Assembly: GCA_003614675.1 (NCBI GenBank)
Contig: ML002426.1
Coordinates: 1-32,156 of the forward strand
Source: Dimargaris cristalligena
Lineage: Eukaryota
Direction of reading: 5' to 3'
Length of the DNA: 32,156 bases
How positions within the stretch are numbered: the stretch's first letter is position 1; every line of letters starts with the position of its first letter. A program made the position numbers and the translations under genes. The notes under the pieces were generated by a model. The model was given only the letters and a program-made list of their open reading frames with translations, was not told where the DNA came from and ran no database searches. Shown one piece after another: positions 1-12,007 of this stretch.

Positions 1-387
1 ATGGGGAAGGGATATTCTCCACGCCAAATGAAACGCGGCTGAACCCGCATGCGCGAGACTGTTGGAAATGTTGCCCATTGGTCTGGACCAACTACTAATC
101 ATCATCATTTGAATATGTAATTTTATATATTATTTATACACACACCCATATATATATCATCTCCTGCCTACTATCTCTAGTCCTAGCCGTTCGGATTCAT
201 AGACTCTAATTACGGGTTGCCCATTCATTATACAGAAAGCTATTACTTATATAGTTTGATTATTACATACCTACTATTAAATAGATCATACGACTACCGC
301 CTGGTTGGCTCTCTATCTCTCTCTGCCATTCCCAATTAGTTATTCTGAATTAGTGCACACCTCTCTCATACCCAACCAGCGGTCAAC

Positions 388-2586
388 ATGTTCCGCATTC
401 CCATTCTCGGCCGGCTCTCCTTTATGGAGTACCAGTCGCTTGTTTTCGCTGCCATTTTCTTCTTTATCGAGCGAATCCTGCGTCTGTTTCTGTTCTTTAT
501 CCCCGTCAAACTCATTACCCGTACGTTAGCCAAACTAACCAATAGGTAAGTCCACCCGATATGTTAATATCATTATGCCCCACTGATCTGATCCTGACTG
601 GCCGGTATAATAAGCCAACAGTAGTATGGCCAAGACCGATCAACTAAAACCCATTCTCTCTCTATATCTTCGCTTTACTTACCATTTCACTTTGTACACA
701 CACACACACACACACACACACATGCACGCGACTTCACGTATAGCCCCCAAATCAAATGCCCGAAAAACTCGATCCACAACAAGGACAGTTTCTGTGACCT
801 TATGGAGTACTGGGGCTACCCGATGGAGGAACACACCGTGGTGACCCGGGACGGTTATGTATTAGGTATCCACCGTTTACTTAGCCGATCGCCGGCTGAA
901 TCGGAGTCGGATGGTTACGGCAACGGCAAGGATGGCCAACGACCTCCCCGCCCCGTGGTTCTACTCTGGCATGGCTTCATGATGTCATCCGAGGTGTTCG
1001 TCAGTATCCCCGAAAAGGAGAACGTCATGGCCCTTATGCTAGTCGACGCTGGGTAAGTATTCAAGCTCATCCTATTTGTTACAAACGGATCCATCTCGTA
1101 CTGTAGTTTAATTACATGACTTCTACTGAATCCGAATCCGGACCCCGAAATCGATTGTCTAAAATCCCATTACGCGATTACTGATGTGTGTTTTGACTAT
1201 ATATCCCTTCTGATACTGTCTCCTCCTATAACTATAGCTATGATGTATGGCTAGGCAATTCCCGTGGTAACAAGTATTCCTACCGCCATCTAACCAAACG
1301 GACCTGGCAGACCGAGTTCTGGGACTTTGCTATTGATGATTTGGCCATGTTCGATGTCCCCAACACGATCGACTATATCCTAGCCACCACCGGCGTATCC
1401 AAGCTGGCTTACATTGGGTTCTCCCAGGGCACCGCCCAAATGTTCTGCGCCCTGTCCTCCAACGCCGAACTTAACGACAAGGTATCCCTTTTCGTAGCCT
1501 TAGCGCCCGCCACCACCCCGCGGGGTTTTGATAGCGACGTGGTCAATGCGATGATCAAAACGTCCCCGCAGGTCCTCTACCTACTTTTGGGCCGCCGGGA
1601 AGCCCTGTCCATTGCCCTGACGTGGCAGGAGCTGCTCCCCACGGACCTGTTTGTTTCCGTCCTCGACGTGTGCCTGGATTTCTTGTTCGGCTGGAAAACG
1701 CTGAATATGAGTCCCACCACGAAAGCCGTGTGTTACCACCACCTGTACTCGTTTTCGAGCGTCAAAAGTATCGTGCATTGGATGCAGATTATCCGCACCG
1801 GTCGCCTCCAATACTACGATGAAATTCCCGTGACCCCTAACCCCGTGTTCCGGTCGGGCCACTTTTGTCACCGCTACTTAACCCGTCAGATTCGGATCCC
1901 CATTGCGCTGTTCCACGGTGGTCGGGATAGTTTGTCGAGTGCCGAGCAGCTGATTACCAAAGAGCTGCGGAAACCGGTCTATGTTAAGGAGGTCCCCCAT
2001 TACGAACATCTTGGTAAGTTGATTGATCATTTATTTGCCGCTTTTTTTTATTGAGTTTTGCGCCCCCCCCCCTCCTCATATATATTTTTCGATTGCATTG
2101 ATGGAAACATGTCTGTGCCATTTTACCCTACTTCGTTTCAAAAGATTAGAATAGAGGAGACTATCTGCTCTGAAAATCCATGTGTAATGATCGCTATCCA
2201 TTGACCAATCATATCTCTAACCACTTAAGTATTTTTATTATTCTTGTGAATTATTATTACATTCCCCCCTCTTCAATGTTATTGATGTCGCTTACTATTC
2301 CCATTACATAGATTTTCTATGGGCCGATGATCTACGCCGGGAAGTATTGGACGACTTGATTGCTGTTCTCCGCTCCAACGACCCTAATTTCCCCCAACCC
2401 GCCGATGATACCGTGGCCATGTCGCTGTCTGACTCGGAAATCACCCTATCTGGGGAAAGCGAGGGTACTGGTTCTTCCCGTCGCATCAGTCTTGACGATG
2501 ACACCACAACCGGCAAAGCCGGCAACAACCACGCTGCGGTGGCCACGTCGTACGCCGAAATGAACGGCACCTATTCCACCAACTGA
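388..2586 (+). CDS. Lysosomal acid lipase / TGL1-YEH-type sterol ester hydrolase (alpha/beta hydrolase), 4 exons, 505 aa
   Basis: Exons 388-545, 744-1052, 1238-2013 and 2312-2586 (1518 nt, in frame), all introns GTAAGT...TAG. Hydrophobic N-terminal anchor (SLVFAAIFFFIERILRLFLFFIPV). Family motifs: WGYPMEEHTVVTRDGYVLGIHRL, VVLLWHGFM, DAG/YDVWLGNSRGNKYS (spans a junction), nucleophile GFSQG, catalytic Asp in GGRDSL, and catalytic His in YEHL/DFLWA (restored by splicing). Confidence 0.93.
696..722. repeat. (CA)n microsatellite in lipase intron 1
   Basis: About 13 uninterrupted AC units, seen directly. Confidence 0.95.
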
Positions 2587-3193
2587 GTGGGCGCCAAAGT
2601 GCCGTTGTTTCCCCAGGTTGTCGGGTCTTATAAAGAGAAGGACAGAAGAGTTGGTGAAGGCGAGGAAAAGCCGAATGTGATTCGCCAACCTCCACTCTAT
2701 TTCGTTGGAGGACGCACAACACATATCAGCGGAATCATTAACCTTCCCGTGTTGAGCACATTTATACTATATTTCTATACCCGTAAATATTGCCTAATAA
2801 TCCTAACGCTAGTATATAGATTTTTGGTGCCCTTGCCCTTGTCCTTGCATATATATTTTTTTGTTTGCGATTAATATTATCATGTTTTGTTTTATTTTTA
2901 TGACTGCTATTAGCGATTTCCGCTTATATTCTACTTCAACCAAGGTCAATTTTGTATTCTTGTTTTTTTATCTTTCTAAATTACCTTTTATGTATTCCAT
3001 CTTTACATCGCAAATAACACATTTGATAAATCATAGTATTCTCTTAACACAAGCGATTGGCAATAAAAAAAACTCACATCGATGCTCTATTACTAAATGG
3101 CCGTTTAAAAAGAAATATACAAGTATCCATCTATAGTCTCCTCCCCCTCCTGTCTTTTGGTGTGGGCCATACGATTTTATAAAAGGCCTTCTA

Positions 3194-3389
3194 TCATCCA
3201 ACTTGGTAATCATGACCAACTCCGGCAAATATGTCGAAATCATCGTCATCATCGTCCTCACCATCTCCAGCGGCCGGGGTAACTACTGGTTTAGGGTCTT
3301 CGGCCTTAGTGGTAAAGCTGGAGCCAGTTGGGCTCGAAGAAACGGCGGCAGCATGACCGCCCCCGTTAATGGGTGATAGTGACGATGAC

Positions 3390-3423
<34 letters not shown>

Positions 3424-5151
3424 GTGGTGGTGGGAGCGATCCGCCGGCGTCCTGTTGGAGGGGAAGGGTCGATTCACTTGGTGGAGGCGAGTCATCCGCG
3501 AACCTAACTATTTTACCGACCCGTTTCCCCGAATGATGATGCGGTTGTTGAGGTTGGTTCGACCGGGATGTTAGACTCCGCCCCTGCCCCTGCTGCTGTT
3601 CCTCTTCCCGACGCCTCTGCGCTAAAATATCGATGATCTTACCCATAAGTAACCGCGTATGGGAATCATCATCGTTCTGCCCCGGTTCCGTGGAATCACC
3701 GCCTCCCATATCCATTCCCGCACCTGTACTCGTGCTGGCCCCTGTCCCTGTCCCCGTCCCTGGGCCAGTGCCAGTGCCCACCAACCGGGCCAATTCGGCT
3801 TTGCTCCGCATCACGGTGGGCGGAATGGCGAAGGGATCGGCATACCGACCGTTCGCATCCGCCAATTCGAAAGCGAAGAGCATCCGCCCGGGTTGGAAAT
3901 GGGGGTTTCGACGGGGCAGTTCCCGGTCGGGATAGGTCAAGGGTTCGACCACGGCCGCCTGATAAATGGTCTGGGCCCGGGGATCCTGACAGAGTCGGGG
4001 TATATTTAATTGTTCGACGAGTTGGCGGCGCCGTAAACGGGCCGCTTCTTGCAGAGCAGCTGGCGTGAGTTTGGCCTTACCTACCGATCCAGTGGAGGTA
4101 GTAGTAGTAGCAGTATTGGCCTCCGAGTCGGGCCGGGCGGGGTGTTGGAGGAGTGATTCTAGAGCCGCGTCTGCATCCATAAGAGTGGCGGCGGTATCCG
4201 TTTCCCCAGCGTCGCCGTTGCCCCGCGCCAGTTGGAGCCGCCGTTTTTCTTTTTCGAGTAACAGGAAATCCAACCCTTTCACCAAATGGGTGTGTTCGAC
4301 ATCACCCCCGAGAAACTTGGATTGTTCGTAGGTAATTTCCCGTTCATCGGGGGTTTGGTTAAACGCAAAGGGTCCGCTCGTCGTAGCGGCCGAGGGACCC
4401 CCACCACCGCCTAGGTCGGCGGGATCTTCGTCGAATCGGTCGATTTCGTACTGGCGCTCCGCTTTTTCCCGCTGACGTCGTTCGGCCGCTCGATCACGAT
4501 ACTTGGGTGCATCGTCTTGTTCATTCCCCGGTTTTTTCCAGTGCTGATTACTGTGGCGTGCAAGGGTATCGCAGAATTGGGGTATATATATTTCAGGTTA
4601 GCTAATTTACTCAAGTTTGGATTACTAAATAGGGACTCCTGATTTCAAGGCCAGCCCAACTCTAACCTGACACTTTATATACAGTTTAGGGAGAACAGTC
4701 CTATATATTACAAATGATATGGTATCGTTGGATGATGATTCATCCGGGTTATTGGATATAAGGGGGGAACTACTAACCTTTTGGGTTTCTTATTTTCGGG
4801 TGCTACCTCGTCTGTGGGACCCGGGCCCGTTCGTCTAATGAGGGATACCATTGTAATTAAGGATCAAAATCAAAAACCATATATACCGATATAAACATTA
4901 GTGAGTAACGTTAATATTGTGCAGATAGGATAGCTTGAAAGCGGTCCTACGACAAACTATGGCGGGACGGAAGGCCCACGATGGGGCATGGTAAATAGAC
5001 CGGAATGGGAAAGATTCACCTACCCTGATTTAGGAGGCAAAAAGGACCGCTTAAGTCGAGCAGTCCCGTCGTTGGACGCGGCGGATGCCCCTGGTCGTGG
5101 CGTAGCAAGAAATTTTCGGAAATCGTCCTGGGTCAGCCCCTGGTCAGCCAT
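3194..5151 (-). CDS. RED/IK-like spliceosomal protein (RED_N domain), 3 exons, 513 aa
   Basis: Exons 5151-5024, 4834-4778 and 4550-3194 (1542 nt, in frame); donors GTAGGT and GTTAGT, acceptors TAG and CAG. Motifs typical of RED_N: MADQGLTQDDFRKFLATPRPG, KYRDRAAERRQ, SKFLGGDVEHTHLVKGLDFLLLEK, RNPHFQPGRMLFAFEL, IPPTVMRSKAE, and the C-terminal DDDDDFDIFAGVGHDY. Confidence 0.88.
3381..3423. repeat. (GAT/TCA)n trinucleotide repeat encoding poly-Ser in the RED-like CDS
   Basis: GACGATGAC(GAT)11 on the + strand; reads as a run of about 14 Ser codons on the - strand. Confidence 0.9.
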
Positions 5152-5651
5152 GGTGGAAAGTCAATGCCGTGGATTGTGTTCCGGGTGGAGAAATGTGAGC
5201 GAATGGGAGTGGTGGTGGTACTTTTATATATATATATATATATATATATTTAAACGCGTATGGGGTTCATTCAGTGGAAGGTAAATAGGGAAACCAAACT
5301 ATAAGGGAATGTTTAAATTTTTTATAAGAATACAATTTGAAGTCATTCAAAAGGAAAGTGAATCGTGGCCCTTCTTGTAAAAGCACACATCAAGGCCAGT
5401 AAAAACAAATGTGTGGGGGGGGGAGCTCTGTTGGGATTGTTTAGGACATTGTCCCCTCCTCCCCTTCCACACTGCTCTGTGTTCTTTGGGTGACCAGCTT
5501 ACTGCCTGTCTTTCTCATTCAACGTTTCATTAGGTCAATTAAGTTTTCTTCTTGGTTTGGCATTCTCCCCGAGTTTGGAATATTTACGGGTGTGGCATTT
5601 CTAGTCCACATTGTCTTAGTCGTCATTTACTGGCAACTTCCTTAGCTAGCC
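5152..5651. promoter_or_regulatory. Probable bidirectional promoter region between the divergent RED-like and NAT9-like genes
   Basis: Only 500 bp separate the two divergent ATGs (5151 and 5652). Contains (TA)12 at 5225-5249 and a G run at about 5415-5423. Confidence 0.55.
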
Positions 5652-7406
5652 ATGAAAATCAACTCCAACACCGTCCTTGTATGTAACTGGTATAGCTCAA
5701 AAGAGGGAACTCACAGCACTAGGGCTGCCTCCCCGCCAGCAAGGCTTGGGTGCAATACCACATCCCTGTTATCCTTTCATGTCCAGGGCCATTACTAAAC
5801 TCTCTTGTTCAGGCCTAACACCCCTCCCCCCCCCCACTGGTCGCGTGTTGGGGCCGCAGACTTAAACTCCTTATTGGGCCATTAATTTACCAATTATTGC
5901 TTTTTAACCATTGGGGATCATGTATTTATATCATCTGTAGGTGGGCAGCAAGGTCATCCTGGTGCCTTACAAGAAGGAGCACGTCCCAGCATACCATGCC
6001 TGGATGAAAGATCCATTCCTCCTAGGTAAGGACGAGTTAGTTGAAAACAGGCCAAGTGTAGTGTATTGAAAGTGAGCCCAATTAGCTGCCGTACTCTATA
6101 TTAGGATGTCCCAGTTCCTTTTTTTTTCGAGGGCATGCCTACGTTCGATCGTTAATACATTCCAACCGGTCAAGTGGTATCTCTATGTACTAATTCTAAA
6201 ACCAAACGCCTCCAAAATTCCTATGCATACTTCCTATTAATACATTATCGATTAGAAATGACCGCCTCGGAACCTTTAGCCCTGGAAGAAGAATTCGAAA
6301 TGCAGCAAAAATGGGCCACGGACGAAGATAGTAAGCCCCCTTTCTTCCTGATTTATATGGTTCGCGTGTATGAATTGCGGGGGACGAAAAAACATCAAAC
6401 TATACTTCAGTTTTCCTTATTTTTTCCCACTGTTGGGCAAAATCAGAAGTGCTCATTACCAATTGCCATACTATCCATCCTCCTATATCCCGTCCTTAGA
6501 ATGTACGTTCATCGTATTAGCCCGAAATGACGCGCCCGTAGATCAGAACATTCATGACCTTTCCGGTAAGTTTAAATATATATGTGCATTACATAGCCTT
6601 CATTCAGGTGCTCGATACTTTTCATTGATGGAATGAATTCAACAAGGAAATATACCTAGTCCATCTTCCCCCGATAAACGGACTACTGCTGGGAACTCTA
6701 CCTATGGATATATCAGCTAATTCAATACCAAATACATGTGTTATTATTTTTAATCGGCGTGAATCAGCGATGATCGGTGACGTGAATTTATTTTTCAATG
6801 ACTTTGAAATCCCCACATCATGCGAGATCGAGGCCATGATTGCAGGTAAGAATAGCCATACCTAACTATAACATGTCGTTTCCTTTACCTCACGGGATAC
6901 TATACTGATCTACAATCTGAGTTATAACGTGACCGCTATGTACGAATTGAAATCGAATATATTAACCTGTACTAGAGCCGAGTTACCGTAACCGGGGCTA
7001 TGGCACGGAAGCTATTCGCCTCATGCTTATGTACGGTAAGTAATGTCCCACCTCTTCATATTACTCTGAATAGTTTACTCTGACGGCCGGCGGCACGTGT
7101 AATACAATAGATATATACCTCACCCACTTAATCGCCCCTCTATTAATTATATATCAATCTGCTCCTGCCATCTTTCTTCCAGGTATTACACACCTCAAGG
7201 TCACCCAATTCACCGCCAAAATCTTGAGCAAGAACGAATCCAGTCGCCGCCTCTTTGCCACCAAACTGGGGTTCCAGGAAACCAGGTTTTCGGAAGTGTT
7301 CCAGGAGGTGTCTTTTGCTCTGCCGGTTGGCGCTGACTTACGGAAATGGGCGGAGGACCTACTACAAAACTGCGTGACAATCTGCGACTATGATTCGGAA
7401 AATTGA
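5652..7406 (+). CDS. NAT9: N-acetyltransferase 9-like GNAT protein, 7 exons, 204 aa
   Basis: Exons 5652-5678, 5941-6025, 6256-6330, 6500-6565, 6768-6845, 6976-7035 and 7183-7406 (615 nt, in frame, all GT-AG). Product: [69 protein letters not shown]...AMIGDVNLFF...CEIEAMIA-EPSYRNRGYGTEAIRLMLMY-GITHLKVTQFTAKILSKNESSRRLFATKLGF...SEVFQEV. These are NAT9 family signatures, including the acetyl-CoA-binding RxRGYG motif. Confidence 0.93.
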
Positions 7407-10400
7407 AGTTCGGAAGGGGGGGGGGGGGTTTGACACCACCCATTTTCGCCAATGAATCACATTGAACGGCCTCCATTGTTTTGTGTGGGTTTCCAAACTA
7501 ATATAATACGTCAAAGTGTAGCCCGATGGGGGGACATATATGGGGAAGTGGGCAGTCTAGTGCGGTATACTTTGGTTGGTTCAATATAATATTTTAGGGC
7601 TAGTACACCACCCCCCTCCCTTGCTGGAGGAGAGGGATGTTTCCATTCCGGTTCCCATGTATAGCAATCACTTGCTTTGGCGTGTCATTGGGAGCATTGG
7701 TTAAAGCGTCTTGATAGCTCTTTTGCAAGCCGGATTCGGCCCGTATAATTAATAAACGTCCCATTTGAAGACGACTTATAAAAGCCAGTTTATACTGTAG
7801 CAACTGCATGGGTTGCGTGGTTGGTTCATTGGGCAGAAATCCGTGTCGCCAATGTGATTTTATAGGCTTGCTTCACAGGAGAGTCCCGAAAACATTTGCA
7901 ACTTTTGACCTATTACTTGTTAATTTGCCTTGGCATTTAATGGATCCCCCCCCCCACACCCTACTCTTTTTGGGTCTTTGGCGTGGACATTTCAATAAAC
8001 CTGCCGGGAAACTAAGTAAAACTAGAACATATATATATATGGGGGAGGTTCAACCAAGCTGTATAACGAAAAATCCACTGGATGGGGCGAATACTACTGG
8101 TTAAATATGAATATCCCACCCATCTCCGCGTACACATATCAGTCAAAACCCTATACAGCTAGACCGAATTTCACCCATATATTCGTATAATAGAATACCA
8201 TGCCTAATGAACTGATGGTTTCGGGATTGTACACCCCTTGTAATATGATTGGAGTAGGTCGCCGAGTAGTTGCCGTCGCTCGCCAGTTAAAAAGCGCCCT
8301 ATTATTTCTTAGCAGTGGGAACGTACAATAAGTAATCTACCATGGCCACTCTATAACAACGCGCGCCTTGATAAACCGTGTGGTTGGATAGTATTGGGTG
8401 ATCGGTTGTTTTTTTAGCACAGGCCTCTTTCTCTCCTCCTCACTTCTTTGGAGCTCACCAAATCTGATATTATCCCCCCCACCATTGATAGACATGGTTC
8501 ACCACCAGGTTCTCTTGCTTTCTTTCCGGATTTTCTTTTTTCGGCCTCCTAGCACCACCCCCCCTTTTCCTTATTGTCACTCTATACCTACCTACCTACA
8601 TGGATGCTACATCATCTGGGTTCAATTGATCGGATTCCCACATCCCAAATATAGGTTAATGACACCTTTTTTACAGCCTCCCATGTTCAATTCAACTGAT
8701 ATATTTACACCCGGTGCGAGAGAAAGAGAGAGAGGTGAAAGGGGGATTCTATGTGACTAAATGGATGTTTTGATTGATTTATACAGAGCCTTAGACTATC
8801 GGCGAGTCAAGGATTCCTTACTATAGTGGATTGCCTATTGGTTCCTGGGGGAGGGAGGTGGTCAATCGAGTCGAGCCAAAACCGTTCCTACCAATCGATG
8901 GCGAGTTTAGTCCCGAATCCCCTTCACCCAATCCCCAAGGACGTGCCGGGCAACGAGAGGTCCAATCACCTAGTCTTCCTGCCCCTGGTCAGTATGAAAT
9001 GGTGGGCACCCCCCTTTCCCGTTCTCATCATCATCCCGGAGCCTACGGATTCTATATATATTACCAGGATCAGTTAAGACTTGCCCTGTGCTGTGCTGTA
9101 AGTCACGGGTAATATTATCCCTTCACAAACACGCGTGCTTCAATTACTGGGCCTACTACTATACCACACTGTTTAGCGCCCTGTACTCCATACCCATATA
9201 CACACGCAATCCCCCCCTCGTTTGACTGACTGCTCATTTTCACACACGTCCTTCTCACTACATTGGTATCCCTGAACTAAAAAGCGTTGAACCCCCCTCC
9301 CCATCACCCTTCCCTGGCATAATTGCACGTGCGCGATACTACTGATCATTTCTACCCGTTTCCAACAGGGCCAAGGGCGGTGGATGGTGATGAAAAGAGG
9401 TGGTAAATGTGGGTTTCTCCAGGGTTTCTATTCTTCTACTATACCACTCACCATTGTTCGACCAAATATAGTATACAGTTGACCCGTGCGCAGGTCACCC
9501 CTATTACCGGTACCCTTGCTTATCCCCCCCTCCCACCCATTGAGGCTAGTGGTGGGTGAGACTAAAGCGACTAACTGCTCTATGATCACCCAAATCAACT
9601 GATCCAGGCCAGTCCAGTTCACCCATGTGCAATGTACTAGGCTGGATCGATCTCGACTTTTTCGGTGGTGGCTCTACCTCTTTAAAGGTAACCGACGATT
9701 CCCATTCAAACTGCCCAGCATCTCTTTACTGGGATTGGAAGGGTTGCCCGTACCTCATGATACTGCTATTCGTTTAAGATGTTCTATAGGAAGATCACCG
9801 AAGAGGCCAAATGGTAGAAATGGCGTCTTTTGCTGTACCTTAATCCAGCCGCGGTATAGACTGCGCGCTGCTATCTTTTCTTCTAGACCCGCCCACACGG
9901 GCGAAAACCAATAGATAAGGAAAAAACAACAAAAAACACTAAGCTAATGAATCAAAACGGGCTTTTATGGAGCTAAACTTCAATCCACACTACTAGCCCA
10001 CTAAAGTGATCATATCATATCGCTCATCAAGGTAGCAGTCGTTCTTTCTTATGCATTAGGGATGGTCAATGGCGCCGTGCCCTGAATCAAAAGTGACATT
10101 TACTCTAAGATTCCGTGAATTTTTGTCCGGCCCAACGATTTGATTTGCATTTCGAAGGACTGTGATACTATCTACGCCTCATTAGAAAGTCCGCGTATTC
10201 TTCCCTTCACATTGACCACGACGTGGCATGGCCATAATCCAACATTAATGTCAAACAGGGCTCTAGTCCTTGTGATCACACTAGGGGATGGTCCTCCCAT
10301 CTGCCCCGACTGCCAACTATGGAAATAAGTGGCCTGGATTCTCCCTCTCCTTTGCCCTCCTTCACTTGGGGACGGCGGGGGTAGAGAGGACTGTCTTCGA

Positions 10401-12007
10401 AATAGATTAGCCAAAGGGAGTATGGGTGGGTAAAAACACATGGGTAGCCAGTTCAGCGCCGAAGCAGGGCTATGTTTTACTAAATGGAGACTAACTACTA
10501 TTCAGCTAGCCGGATATGGAAAATGGCCAAAACGGCGGGATGAAGGGCTTAAGCGGGATCGATGACCAAAACCTACCTTGGAATTATTGTCACATATGGG
10601 GCTAAAAAGATTACAGGGGAAAGGGGCAAAAAAAGAATATACCACGCACAATATCACATAAACCTGATCATATATGTAAAATGATCGGCATAATAGAACC
10701 GCCGAATGACAGCTGATTAGCTGCCCATCCCTCGGCATAGCTGCTTACTGGAGCAGGACTGAAAGTGGGAGAGGGGGTGGGGGGAAGGGAGTGGGAGTGG
10801 GAAGCGGGTAGGGAGGTGAATGGGTGAGGGGTCGGTCGATTATCATTATTTTACCCTCCAGGAATGCGACACTATTATTATTATATCACACATCCCCTAC
10901 GATTCGCGCCCATCTCCCACACCACCTCCCTGCGAATAATTCAGCGGACTCAACAAGGTGCACGCACGATTTCTCCGCCTCTAATTTCATTAAGGAATGG
11001 CTATAATGAGTGGACGGGGATATGTATCTGATGTGTAGCTGGGCCTATCAAGAGCCCCACCGTCATCAATGTTGCTCGCTCTAACATAGGTAGGTACTGT
11101 AGTGGCACCAAACAAAAGGGAGGCCAAAAGAATCAATCGGGTGAAACATGGCGAACTCGGCTTTATTAATGGGGGCTATGTGGTGGTGGTAGTGGTAGTG
11201 GTGGTAGTGGTGTGGTAGTACAGCGGACCTGCTTAAACAGTCCATGTGTATGAGTGGCGTGCCGTTAATAAATACTCCAACCTATTTATATTTCAATTTC
11301 AGAGGGAAGGTCCCCCGCTTAACAAAGGAGCATTGTTTGGTTTGAACTAATACCACGCTAGTTCTTATTGTTGGAACGGATAGTATAAATTAGCGGTTAT
11401 CTATTTTCCCTAGCCCAGCATCCCGTTTAGGTATAGTGAGAAAGGCGGCGGAGGTTTTAGTTTGGGACATGGGGTGGTGGTGCCGCCGGGTAAACCCATT
11501 AAGCGCGGCGGCTCATTCACGTGGCTTATTATGGGGGGGGGGGTGCTGTGACTGAGACCACACACACCCCCATTCCACCGTAAGAGTAAAGTAGTAAAAG
11601 TGGTGTAGAAGCATATAGGTAGAGAGGTGACTATGTGTGTGTGTGACCCCCCACCACACCCAACATTATGTTTATCTATCTATATACCACGCCAACCGCC
11701 GATACCCCGGAGGAAAATGCAATCTATAAGCATCACACGTGTTTTCATTAGTTTTTTTATGTGAGCGCTGCTGGAGCTTCTCCCTGCGCCACATCCGATG
11801 ACCCGGGTTCTTCCTTGCTGGCCAAAACAGAACAAACCTCCTAGCTAGGGTTAGAATTGAAGGAGTGCGCCGTCGTTGATCGGCTTTACTTGGTTTCTTT
11901 TCATTTATTTCTCGTATGTATAAGACGCAGTCTCTTTCTTTCGTTCTTTCTTTTTCGACGAGCAGGTTCACGGGAGAAAAGCCATGTTCTTCGTTTACCT
12001 GGTCAAT

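Noticed and set aside
305..844. ORFs 305-529 and 626-844
   Set aside because: Wrong-frame or intron-derived readings of the lipase gene; the THTHTH run is the (CA)n repeat.
3283..3495. 70-aa ORF with a long poly-His run
   Set aside because: Alternate-frame reading of the (TCA)n poly-Ser repeat inside the RED-like CDS; no independent gene signals.
8826..9112. Overlapping 83-aa and 93-aa ORFs
   Set aside because: Non-ATG starts, no recognisable motifs and no consistent splice structure.
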